Part shown: positions 47,700 through 56,782 of the stretch, one piece after another
Layout: each line of letters begins with the position of its first letter
How positions within the stretch are numbered: position 1 is the stretch's first letter
Made by a program: the position numbers and the translations under genes
From: a virus
Reading direction: 5' to 3' (one strand)
Virus record (IMG/VR): IMGVR_UViG_3300044568_004364
Length of the DNA stretch: 64,000 nt
Notes under the pieces: model-generated
Told to the model about the DNA's origin: nothing
The model's database searches: none
What the model saw: the letters and a program-made list of their open reading frames with translations, nothing else

Positions 47700-48338
47700 A
47701 GTGATATTTGTTACAGATTTATTATATACGGTTAGTGTGAGTTTGTAAAATAAAAAATGAATCTTTTATCTTAGGAAATTTTGTCCCGGGAGATCACACG
47801 CGTGTGATCTCCCGGGACGAGGTAACCACACCTGAAATTTTATTTTCTCCAAGAGAAGCACATTCACGCAATCCTTGAAGATAACTTTCATAATTATTTT
47901 CGTTTAGGAAAGGATGCGCTGCTGAACCCAGTTCCAAGTAGCATATTCCGCTTGTAGAGTTCATCAGCAATTTGCCGCTCGATCCATGACTGTGATTTGA
48001 AAATGTTTGCTCCATACTTTGGTTGTTTGCGTTTGAATGTTAGCTTAATTTTTTGCAGGATTCGTCGGATCATATTATGCGCGTTGTTATTTTGTTAGGT
48101 GTTTTACTCCAATCATGTAGCATTCAGCTTTTGTATTTGCAAAGGCGCTAAGCTCAATTTCATTGCCATCTATGATGGTGATTTGCCATTGAGGCTTTCC
48201 GCCAATGACAGCTGCCGAATTTGAAACGGTGATTGTCATCGAGCCATAGGTGTTTGTGTAATATCCTCTCGATATCTTGTTTAAGTTAAGAGTAACGGTG
48301 TGGATATTCATAAACTGTGTGGTACTGGCTACAAGATT

Positions 48339-48396
48339 ATTATACACTAAAAAACGCTGCTTGTAAATAAAAAAATGAAGAAAAATGCATTTTTTT
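48339..48396 (-). promoter_or_regulatory. Early promoter
   Basis: TTTACA-N17-TATAAT plus conserved upstream block. Confidence 0.8.
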
Positions 48397-48731
48397 CACA
48401 AAAAATCGTTTGAGGCGTCTCCAAGAGCATCATGCCGCGGACTTTTCTGCAATTCGTTCTTTAGTTCACCATAGGTGCGAGCTTCACTGGTGAATGCATT
48501 GTGGATGAGATCATTTATATTAAACGATAATTGAGCAACCTCGTTTTCATTTTCATCAAAGATAGAAGCATAGCCTGCGCATGGATTTTCAACATCCAAA
48601 AAGTCAAATGCATAGTGCATCATTACACAACCACAACTATCTCTATAATGATTGTGCGCCATATTCACTGCGCGTTCATCATCTTGTGAGATGATATAGT
48701 TTCGCAGTTCTTCAAATGTTATTTTTTCCAT
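48396..48731 (-). CDS. Hypothetical protein
   Basis: ORF in operon. Confidence 0.6.
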   Translation of the reverse strand: MEKITFEELRNYIISQDDERAVNMAHNHYRDSCGCVMMHYAFDFLDVENPCAGYASIFDENENEVAQLSFNINDLIHNAFTSEARTYGELKNELQKSPRHDALGDASNDFL

Positions 48732-49104
48732 TGTGTATTTTTATTTGTGTGTTATGAAAGGAGGCAGCCTCAACAATCCAAAAGAGGCCATTATCGTCAA
48801 GATTAAATCTTTCGGTTATATTGTTGAGCAGCTCATATGAGGAGCTCATGCGCACAGCCTCGGCAATTTGAAAACATTCGGATGGCAGCCGAATCATGTC
48901 ACGTTTGTTAATTTTTACAGTGTTCATATTCTCTTATTTCGCTGATGATTGAAGCTCGTACTTGAAAGTCAACAGGATACCAAACATCGGTGTGTAAGGA
49001 GCTAGGAAGATTACTAGCAGACAATCCGTCAATGCAAACACCGCTAAATGCATATAGCAAGTCGTTTAAGATGGATGATCCTGCTATTTCATATTTGATG
49101 TTCA

Positions 49105-49422
49105 TCATAGTTTACACTTTAAATCATAAGCATTTTTAACGCCCTCTGGTAATGGGATTCTCACCTCCTTATCAATACTCTGAATAACATCAGCCTCATC
49201 AACAATAACCGTGATACGTCCAGTGTAGCTGTCAAGAGTCACCATGCCTGTTGAGACACGAATTGCTGTTGGCTCTAATGATAGGACATAAGCGAGTGCA
49301 ATGTCATTCCATACTTTGCCATAGAGTTCAGGCAAAACACAAACATTTGTGTATGAATAGATGTCCTCCTTTTGAGGCACTGCATGATGATATACTTTAA
49401 AATCTTCTGGTTTATTTTTCAT
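49105..49422 (-). CDS. Peptidase-inhibitor I78-like protein
   Basis: IRV..GMVTLD....RITV.VD...I pattern. Confidence 0.5.
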   Translation of the reverse strand: MKNKPEDFKVYHHAVPQKEDIYSYTNVCVLPELYGKVWNDIALAYVLSLEPTAIRVSTGMVTLDSYTGRITVIVDEADVIQSIDKEVRIPLPEGVKNAYDLKCKL

Positions 49423-49428
49423 ATTTTA

Positions 49429-49641
49429 TTAAAATTCAACGGGATAAAGAATGACTGCCCATCCAGCTTTACTTCCACACTCTGGACAATCACAATGCGC
49501 AAATTCATAATGTTCGCGAGGACAACTTTCAACAACTCCGAGTCTTACGGTTTCATCTGTATCTTCAAACTCTGAGTCGCAATGTCGACATGTTCCACGC
49601 CAGATTCTTTTGTGTTTATTACCCGCTTTGATTAGTTTCAT
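49429..49641 (-). CDS. Small zinc-ribbon protein
   Basis: CxxC...CPEC. Confidence 0.6.
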   Translation of the reverse strand: MKLIKAGNKHKRIWRGTCRHCDSEFEDTDETVRLGVVESCPREHYEFAHCDCPECGSKAGWAVILYPVEF

Positions 49642-49874
49642 AATTGACCTTCTTTACCAAAGACTAAATTCATTAAACGTATTTGGTCAGTTGCTTCTTG
49701 TATTTCTACAGAATCTATCACGACATCATCTTGATCACAAACACGAAAACGATAAGGCTGCGCATTTGCCAATTCTACAATCGGCATGAGATAACGACGA
49801 TAATCACCCCTCGTCCATGTTACTCCACCATCATCAGAATATTCGTAATAATAAAATTTATGTTTCATAGTTGT

Positions 49875-50255
49875 TTAAGTATTTCCAAATTCGTCGTAAT
49901 ATAAATCCCCGCACGGTCCACCACCGTGCCACACTCCTGCACCATTCGGATAAACAGTATGAGCTTCCCATACATCACCATATTTGTGGTAGATACGGGT
50001 GCCTATTTCTGCTCCAGTGGCATCACAAACAGGTGAGCCATGATCTTTAGGTCGACTATCATAATGGGCTTTATAATAAGCATCATACTCTTTTTGTGAT
50101 TGTTCAATAAATCTACGAGCGCGAGGAGACAATGGTTTCTCAACCTGATCTTCACTAAACAATGGAGTGCCATCATTCATTCGAGCTATTGCCTTCTCGC
50201 CTTTGAGAATTTTATAACCGCGTTGCGACCATTCATTAAAGCTGCGAAGTTCCAT
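49875..50255 (-). CDS. Hypothetical protein with ArdC-like N-terminal motif
   Basis: SFNEW...G..I.KGEKA...LF..DQV. Confidence 0.55.
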   Translation of the reverse strand: MELRSFNEWSQRGYKILKGEKAIARMNDGTPLFSEDQVEKPLSPRARRFIEQSQKEYDAYYKAHYDSRPKDHGSPVCDATGAEIGTRIYHKYGDVWEAHTVYPNGAGVWHGGGPCGDLYYDEFGNT

Positions 50256-50308
50256 ATTTCTTATATTGTCGAATGTTCCAAATGATTAGTGGAATGTGAA
50301 TGCAAAGA

Positions 50309-51067
50309 TTAATTGCCGCATAGCTCCCTAGCCTCCAAAATGAGCTCTGCCGCAAGATTTTCGTTAAAATCATAGCGCAATTTGCTGCCGTCCATGACAA
50401 GATTTAGCTCCGCAAAGCTATCAGATACCAGCTTCTCAAGAGTCTCACAGGTGTATGATGATGGATTTGTTTTGATGTCAAGCAGCAGCATATGAAACTC
50501 TGTTCCAAAATCCGCAACATTTACCACATACTCTCCAGATTCAAAAAAGCGTTTACCCACTTCACATAGCCGTAAGATTTGAACAAAGTTCTTTGGAGAA
50601 AAGCCATAGTGTTGCACCGCATCTTTGCGCTTGCCGCCAAGACGACCACTGCGCTCACCCGTTGCAAGTTTTAATTCGCTATAGACATAACCGCGCAAGC
50701 TATTTTTCAAAACTTCAGTGTTGATTAAGCTATAGCGAAGATGATATAATTCAATCATAAACTTAGAACGATAAGTGAATGACTCCAATGGAGCAAACAA
50801 TATTTCCATGACTTGAGTATTGCTCTTGCGCAGCAATGACATATAATGGCCAATCTCATAATATGTTGCGTCGTGTGGTGAGTTTGTAACAATATTTGTG
50901 ATTGTATGTAACCCACTCTTATGCAGGGGAGCGCGTGCAACAAAGAGACCGCGATAGTCAACATCAGAGTCAGCTGTCGCCAATCCATAAAGATTGCTAC
51001 CACCTACAAGACTGCACAATAGACTAGAGTCATATTTGATAAAACTAAGATGTTCTTGGATATTCAT
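50309..51067 (-). CDS. Pol-beta-family nucleotidyltransferase (NrdC.11-like)
   Basis: GSNLYGL....SDVDYRG, N....EILF. Confidence 0.85.
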   Translation of the reverse strand: MNIQEHLSFIKYDSSLLCSLVGGSNLYGLATADSDVDYRGLFVARAPLHKSGLHTITNIVTNSPHDATYYEIGHYMSLLRKSNTQVMEILFAPLESFTYRSKFMIELYHLRYSLINTEVLKNSLRGYVYSELKLATGERSGRLGGKRKDAVQHYGFSPKNFVQILRLCEVGKRFFESGEYVVNVADFGTEFHMLLLDIKTNPSSYTCETLEKLVSDSFAELNLVMDGSKLRYDFNENLAAELILEARELCGN

Positions 51068-52053
51068 ATTTTTCCTTCGTTATAATTCTTCTTACTTCAA
51101 GAGCTATATCCCCACAAAGTATATTGTCAATTTTGAATCCTATCGAATCATATACGCTAGTGCTTATGTATGGTGTGGTTTGATCTGCTGCTGTTTGTCT
51201 ACATTCACTCTGTACACACTTCCACACATGCTCATACAGAGCTTCATTTATTGCGTATCCTATATTCATATTCTACTATTGTAGCGTTAACTGTGTTCAT
51301 AACTGAGTTCATAACTGAGTTCCAAACAGAGCGATGTATTGAGTTCCAAACTGAGATATCAACTGAGTCATAAACTGAGTTATTAACTGAGTCCCAAACT
51401 GAGCCGCTAACTGATTTTTCGACTGAGAGATCTATTTCCCGTTTAATATCCATATTCTTTCATTGTAGCGTTAACAGAGTTCTCAACTGAGCTCTCAACT
51501 AAGTTCCAAACTGAGCCATGTACTGAGCTCCAAACTGAGTTACTAACCGAGTCTCTAACTGAGCTACGAACAGAGACATGTACTGAGACATGTACTAAGC
51601 TATGTACTGAGTCCCAAACAGAGTCCCAAACAGAGTCCCAAACAGAGACCCCAACAGAGACCCCAACAGAGTTCCAAACAGAGACCCAAACAGATTTCAA
51701 TATTTTTTCTTCAGTAGTCATAATTATATTCTAGCATCTGCGCATTAACAGAGTCCCTAACAGAGACCCTAACAGAGTTCCAAACAGAGTTCCAAACAGA
51801 GACCCCAACAGAGTCCCAAACAGAGTTCCAAACAGAGTTCCCAACAGAGACCCCAACAGAGACCCCAACAGAGACCCAAACAGATTTCAATATTTTTTCT
51901 TCAGTAGTCATAATTATATTCTAACATTTGAGCATTAACAGAGTCCCTAACAGAGTCATAGACTGAGCCATGTACTGAGTCACTAACTGAGCCATAAACT
52001 GAGCCCCAAACAGAGACATTAACTGAGAGATTTATTTTATCGTTAATATTCAT
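51045..52053 (-). repeat. Second array of 5 chained SVxx microprotein ORFs (51901-52053, 51711-51911, 51443-51721, 51244-51453, 51045-51269)
   Basis: 12-bp unit TCWGTTnnnRnC with overlapping stop/start junctions. Confidence 0.88.
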
Positions 52054-52055
52054 AT

Positions 52056-52367
52056 TCAATCCCAGTTCCAGCGGTTACCACTTTTTGTTGGAGCGTCAAG
52101 CGGAATAGCGTCATAGTCGGCGACATTCAATGCATCGCGAGTTGCTGCACGATTCTTACTGTTATGCTCGTCCTTTGTGCTTTGATTAATATTAGTTGCA
52201 CGCTTATTGTCATGCGTATAGCAACGTGCCAATTCAATAAGCTTACGAGGCGTATATTCTTTGTAATCACTCCAGCTAAAATGGAGAACATTGAAGTTAC
52301 CGGAGTCGAGCTTGACTACTTTCCACTTGTTACGCTTAATGATTTGTATTGCTTCAGACGTGTTCAT
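52056..52367 (-). CDS. Hypothetical protein
   Basis: ORF in early operon. Confidence 0.6.
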   Translation of the reverse strand: MNTSEAIQIIKRNKWKVVKLDSGNFNVLHFSWSDYKEYTPRKLIELARCYTHDNKRATNINQSTKDEHNSKNRAATRDALNVADYDAIPLDAPTKSGNRWNWD

Positions 52368-52379
52368 AATTATATGATA

Positions 52380-52670
52380 TTAGTGTTTGTTTGTTCGAGC
52401 TGCTTGTTTGCGACCACCGCGAGAGCGAGAGCATTGAGCATAGTCAGACCAGTTGGCAAGCTTACTCTCCCAGCGCAACAAGTCGCGGCAAGCAGCTCCA
52501 ATATGCGCCTTGCCTCGGCAGCGATTCTCAGCATTGAGCGCTCCATTCAGGAATACTCGGCAACCATAGACTCCTCCACCAAGGTGAGTAACCTTAACAG
52601 TGTGCTCGACGTGACGTTGCATTATGCGAATCGGAGAGATGTGTTGCCAGAATGTGTAGTGTGGTGTCAT
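52380..52670 (-). CDS. Hypothetical protein
   Basis: Repeated leader upstream of the ATG. Confidence 0.6.
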   Translation of the reverse strand: MTPHYTFWQHISPIRIMQRHVEHTVKVTHLGGGVYGCRVFLNGALNAENRCRGKAHIGAACRDLLRWESKLANWSDYAQCSRSRGGRKQAARTNKH

Positions 52671-52693
52671 AATGATATTGTATCAGAGTTCGT

Positions 52694-52942
52694 TTAATCT
52701 TTGAGTGCTTTGAGTGCTTTGAGTGCTGCATCGTTGTTGCTGAATGTTCCAACTGGAGTGACGAATGCTCCATAGTTGGCAAGTATCTCAGCATGCTTAA
52801 CATAGTGAGTTACCTGACCATTGCGGACACGGAAGCCAATCCAGCGAGCTTGATACACTCCATCCTTTTTAGTCTTAGCCTTCTCTTGAATGAAGAGACG
52901 ATTGGCTTGGTTGAGCTGGCCGTAGAAAATGTGTTCTTTCAT
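52694..52942 (-). CDS. Hypothetical protein
   Basis: Repeated leader upstream of the ATG. Confidence 0.6.
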   Translation of the reverse strand: MKEHIFYGQLNQANRLFIQEKAKTKKDGVYQARWIGFRVRNGQVTHYVKHAEILANYGAFVTPVGTFSNNDAALKALKALKD

Positions 52943-52964
52943 AATGATATTGTATCGGAGTTAG

Positions 52965-53198
52965 TTACCAACTTGCTGCAGTTTGGTAGCCGCATTCATA
53001 TTTGAATTTAGCGTAATCGCGAATGAAGTCTTCAAAGCTATCATAGCGCGCACACCATTCAAAAGACTTACCGTGGACACGTGAGTAAAAACAATCATAA
53101 TCCTCAACATTACACATCCGTTCGACTGTGTGGGAGATGCTCTCAATTGCAGCGATACGTTTAAGGATCGCGATTTCTTCAGGAGTTACTTTGGTCAT
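52965..53198 (-). CDS. Hypothetical protein
   Basis: Repeated leader upstream of the ATG. Confidence 0.6.
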   Translation of the reverse strand: MTKVTPEEIAILKRIAAIESISHTVERMCNVEDYDCFYSRVHGKSFEWCARYDSFEDFIRDYAKFKYECGYQTAASW

Positions 53199-53396
53199 AA
53201 TGATATTGTATCAGAGTTCGTTTAGCCGCGGTACTTCAAACGGATGAAGACATCTTTGTTGTCTTCCATGATATCAGCGAGCAGCTTCATGCAGTAGTCA
53301 ACCCAAGCCTCTTGAGTGATCTCGCCTCTTTGAACGGCGGCGAACATTTCGTAGTATTCTTTATTATCGGTCATGATGTGATTTGGTTACAAGATT

Positions 53397-53456
53397 ATTC
53401 TACCACAAAAATGCACACTTGTAAATAAAAAAATGCGAAAAAATGCATTTTTTTCA
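53397..53456 (-). promoter_or_regulatory. Early promoter
   Basis: TTTACA-N17-TAGAAT plus conserved upstream block. Confidence 0.8.
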
Positions 53457-53482
53457 CAAAAATACTCCTTGGGGAGACTTTT

Positions 53483-53710
53483 TTAGTCCTTGATGCGCCG
53501 TGGGCCACGCAGTGGACGAGGCGGTAGCTGTTCTTCAATGTAGCGACATGCCGCAGAGCTTAAGACTTCATCTCCGCAAGAGTCACACTTATGAACAGGC
53601 ACATTCTCCACAACATAGTTTTGTCCTTCGACCGTTTTGTCGAACTTCTGATATTCGACACGCAGAGTGCCGTCGCAATCAAAGCAAGGGATGTCTTGTA
53701 AATGTTTCAT
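53483..53710 (-). CDS. YgiT-type zinc-finger protein
   Basis: CxxC...VENVP..KCxxCG. Confidence 0.75.
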   Translation of the reverse strand: MKHLQDIPCFDCDGTLRVEYQKFDKTVEGQNYVVENVPVHKCDSCGDEVLSSAACRYIEEQLPPRPLRGPRRIKD

Positions 53711-53842
53711 AATTTTCGTCGTCTTCAAGTCTAACAGATGATTGGATCAAGCTTTCGTGTAGTATCTCGTTGCCTTCATCATCATATTCGTATCTTTCCC
53801 AATATCCACATTCGTCATCACCAATTTGATTTTCCATGGTAG

Positions 53843-54187
53843 TTACTGAGGTTTGGGCGTGGTCGGAGTGGCGCTCTCGCCGCGTGCCTCACCTTGTGCG
53901 TTCGGCTCAGAATAAAGGTCATCCAGTTCGCCGTGATCGGGGCAGTAGTAATACGGCTTACCGTCCCGCCAGTTGATCGAGGACTCCACACAGCACACGG
54001 GGCAGAGATTGCGCGGGTATGCCGTGCCGATCATGTCTTCGCAGCGACAATGCCACTCGTCCAGTTCGTGGTATTTTGCCCATGCTTCCATCACTGGTTG
54101 AGCCACCGCAAGAAGCCGAACAAGTCGCGGCAGATCAACCGCCTTGTTGCTGGTGTTTTGGGTATCGTTTGGCAATTCAGAGTTCAT
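53843..54187 (-). CDS. Cassette-borne Cys-rich hypothetical protein
   Basis: Both termini translated from attC arms. Confidence 0.65.
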   Translation of the reverse strand: MNSELPNDTQNTSNKAVDLPRLVRLLAVAQPVMEAWAKYHELDEWHCRCEDMIGTAYPRNLCPVCCVESSINWRDGKPYYYCPDHGELDDLYSEPNAQGEARGESATPTTPKPQ

Positions 54188-54240
54188 TGGTGTTTTGGTC
54201 GTTTGTTTGGTTGTAGATCGGCGGTGTCTGCGCTGTGGCG

Positions 54241-54438
54241 TTAGCCAAGAAATTCCTCGGGGCGGATGATGTTTTCACCAGGGTCATCGCTTCCGCAGTG
54301 GCAGCAGACATACCCGTTTCGGATTACTCGCCCGCAATGGTCGCATTCGACCAGTTCGGGGCATTCCCCGATTACGGTTTCCATGAGTTGTGCAAGCCAT
54401 TGGCGGCTACCTGTTTTTAGTTTGCGGAGTTTCTTCAT
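54241..54438 (-). CDS. Cassette-borne zinc-finger microprotein
   Basis: CDHCG...CCHCG; stop codon lies in the R' core. Confidence 0.65.
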   Translation of the reverse strand: MKKLRKLKTGSRQWLAQLMETVIGECPELVECDHCGRVIRNGYVCCHCGSDDPGENIIRPEEFLG

Positions 54439-54604
54439 AATTCGTAAGAGGCTAACAAGTGAATGCTGGCAACGGCGGGAAGTTGCCTGTTTGGTTTATT
54501 CGGAGTCCAGCGCCCGCCGCGCCAGATCTTTGTCGTTCGGCAGAGAACTCGCAGCCTTGCTATTTTCTCTTCTCTGTTTTTGTCTGTCATTTCTTCGAGA
54601 CCAG

Positions 54605-54802
54605 TCATGAGTTTATTTCAGTTGTTCTATGGTCTCCGCAATAGCACCAATGATACCTCATGGGGGTTCTTTTCCCGATAATGATTGTGCATCCGAGATT
54701 CCATTTGTGGACGTGTCCTTTTTGAATGCTTTTCTTGTTAGACCTTCCGTTTCTTCGCTGACGACGTATCTTTGTGATTGTTTTCTTGAGGTGTTGGTTC
54801 AT
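54605..54802 (-). CDS. Cassette-borne basic His/Cys microprotein
   Basis: HVHKW...CYCG. Confidence 0.55.
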   Translation of the reverse strand: MNQHLKKTITKIRRQRRNGRSNKKSIQKGHVHKWNLGCTIIIGKRTPMRYHWCYCGDHRTTEINS

Positions 54803-54870
54803 TTTATTGTTTGTTGTTCCGAACATTCCGCATCAAGCAACGCTGGGCGTGCCTGTGCTTGGCTGTTGTG

Positions 54871-55230
54871 CTAATAAAGGTTCTCGCTGAACAGCCGCTC
54901 GCCATCGCCCCCGCAGCGTCGACGGACTTGGTTCTGATCGACGGCGACGATCCACGCTTCTTCACGGGTCATCCAGTCCCCGAACTGATCCACGAATCCT
55001 TGATCCCATGCTTTGAAGTCGTGACCCATAGCATTGGCTTGCACCCTCATGAGCTTGTCCCAGTGCCGAGCACCGCAGATGATTAGCAGCTTGTTCACAC
55101 GGTGCCGATTAGCAGCGCATACCACGCGGCGAGGGGTCTTTGTGTAGTCGGGCTTCCACTCGGGTTCGGAAGAAGCACCACAAGACGGTGAGCCCAACGA
55201 ATCGGGCGGTGGAGTTGGTTTTGTATTCAT
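54871..55230 (-). CDS. Cassette-borne conserved phage protein
   Basis: VVCAAN..GARH...QGFVDQFG..MTREEA...LFSENLY. Confidence 0.75.
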   Translation of the reverse strand: MNTKPTPPPDSLGSPSCGASSEPEWKPDYTKTPRRVVCAANRHRVNKLLIICGARHWDKLMRVQANAMGHDFKAWDQGFVDQFGDWMTREEAWIVAVDQNQVRRRCGGDGERLFSENLY

Positions 55231-55895
55231 GATCTTTTCTCGCCCGATTCGTGGGCTACCTCGACGTTAGCTCCAATAATCGGCCATCCCATATCAGCCA
55301 CAAGACTCTCGGCCTCCTCCTTAGTTGGTAGCGCATCCATCCAGAATCCGTCCTCCAACGTAATCGCCCACTGGACATCTCCCGTCTCGTCGGTTTCGTA
55401 TATTTCCACGGGTTCCCCTGCTCGTCGAATCGCCTCCTTGTATCCCGTGGGACATTCCTTGAGGAACCGAATCGCCCAAGAAGAGCTAACAAGGTGGTCG
55501 AGGACAACGGGCGGGGCGGTGTGTGTCGAAGTTTCCATGTGCTTAGAGAGTTTATGAGGTATCGGAGTGGCGCTTTCCGCCCGTGCCTCACCTTGATCGT
55601 TCGCCAAAGAAACAAGAACGTCCCCGTGGCAGGCTTGCGGAGCGCACCAGCACCCCAACACTTTTCCGCGCAGTTCATGCAGCGCAGCCATGAGATGCGG
55701 TTGAGTTACTACCCATTCACGGTATTTTCGGATCACGGTTTCCCGGTCGCCGTCCTTCCCAATCTCAAACGGGTTTCCCCATTTCGACGGCCTGCCGATA
55801 CACACGTCATGCTTCGACCGTTTGCAGTGAACCACAAATGGCGAACAAGGCGGTGGAGGACAACAGCCTCCCGTTGGGTCTTTTGGTGTATTCAT
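55227..55895 (-). CDS. DUF4326-like protein fused in frame through an attC to the next cassette ORF (second start at 55538)
   Basis: IGRPSKWGNPF...LRGKVLGCWCAPQACHGDVL. Confidence 0.8.
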   Translation of the reverse strand: MNTPKDPTGGCCPPPPCSPFVVHCKRSKHDVCIGRPSKWGNPFEIGKDGDRETVIRKYREWVVTQPHLMAALHELRGKVLGCWCAPQACHGDVLVSLANDQGEARAESATPIPHKLSKHMETSTHTAPPVVLDHLVSSSWAIRFLKECPTGYKEAIRRAGEPVEIYETDETGDVQWAITLEDGFWMDALPTKEEAESLVADMGWPIIGANVEVAHESGEKRS

Positions 55896-56170
55896 GATTT
55901 TTTGTCGGGACTCTGTAAGTCACCTTGGGCGTTGTGCTGAATAAATTCGTGCGGGAACTCCTCGCTGAATCCGTAGTGTTCCCTGAACTCTTCCCCCGTC
56001 ATCGGATCGTTTCTTGCAGCCATCAATCCGTCTGTGGTATCAACCGTTCTCAGGACATATCTGCGTTCCATCCTGTTGCGGTCGATAGTGACCACAAAAG
56101 GCCACCCGTCAAAATCAACGGCACAACAAGCCGCATCACGCAACCCGCTGGAAGTCTGTTCTTTATTCAT
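55892..56170 (-). CDS. Cassette-borne hypothetical protein
   Basis: Start and stop inside attC loops. Confidence 0.6.
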   Translation of the reverse strand: MNKEQTSSGLRDAACCAVDFDGWPFVVTIDRNRMERRYVLRTVDTTDGLMAARNDPMTGEEFREHYGFSEEFPHEFIQHNAQGDLQSPDKKS

Positions 56171-56474
56171 GGTTTTGAGTGGGCGGGTGCGTGTGCTTTG
56201 CGTTCGGCAGCGATGCCATCACATCGACGTTCGGTGAAGAAATTACAACGAGCACGCCACACAGTCCCGCCATCCATCCAACGGACAGTCCGAGGGCAGC
56301 AGCGCACCATGCAACTAAGTCAGCATGACCGCCTAGCCCGTATGTGAATACAGTGATTCCACTGAGCAAGGGCGTGCAGATTAGCGAAGCCGCTAGGTTA
56401 TTCCAAACACACCGAACAAGTCGCTCCTGAGCAACCGCGCCCGCCGTGTTATTTGAGTCTGATTCTGTTTTCAT
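56163..56474 (-). CDS. Cassette-borne two-TM membrane protein
   Basis: Two hydrophobic segments. Confidence 0.6.
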   Translation of the reverse strand: MKTESDSNNTAGAVAQERLVRCVWNNLAASLICTPLLSGITVFTYGLGGHADLVAWCAAALGLSVGWMAGLCGVLVVISSPNVDVMASLPNAKHTHPPTQNHE

Positions 56475-56510
56475 ATTGTTGTAAATTGAACATGTCGATA
56501 CAGAACACGG

Positions 56511-56777
56511 CTATTGCCGCTCCTGATCTTGCCTGTTCGGCAGACAATTATTACATTTGGGCTTTCCACTAAAAACACGCCACCCAGCAGACCACGCCTG
56601 TTCCACGCATTCAGCCTTGGTCTTACAGTAAAACCCCTCACCACCGCACCCGCTTTGGCAGAAGATTCGCCACTCACGCATTGTTCCTCCATTGTAATCT
56701 TTGAAGGTTAAGTGCGGAATCAAAGAAGCCGAACAATTCGTGAGAGGCAACGCCTCGGAGTCTGTTGGTGTATTCAT
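56511..56777 (-). CDS. Cassette-borne zinc-finger protein
   Basis: C.SGC...GW...CNNC. Confidence 0.6.
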   Translation of the reverse strand: MNTPTDSEALPLTNCSASLIPHLTFKDYNGGTMREWRIFCQSGCGGEGFYCKTKAECVEQAWSAGWRVFSGKPKCNNCLPNRQDQERQ

Positions 56778-56782
56778 AGTCG

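Noticed and set aside
44320-52053. SVxx variation as a diversity-generating retroelement (fourth codons are AAC-derivable)
   Set aside because: No reverse transcriptase or TR/VR pair in the window; fourth codons are restricted to RnC and unit number varies, which fits recombination better.
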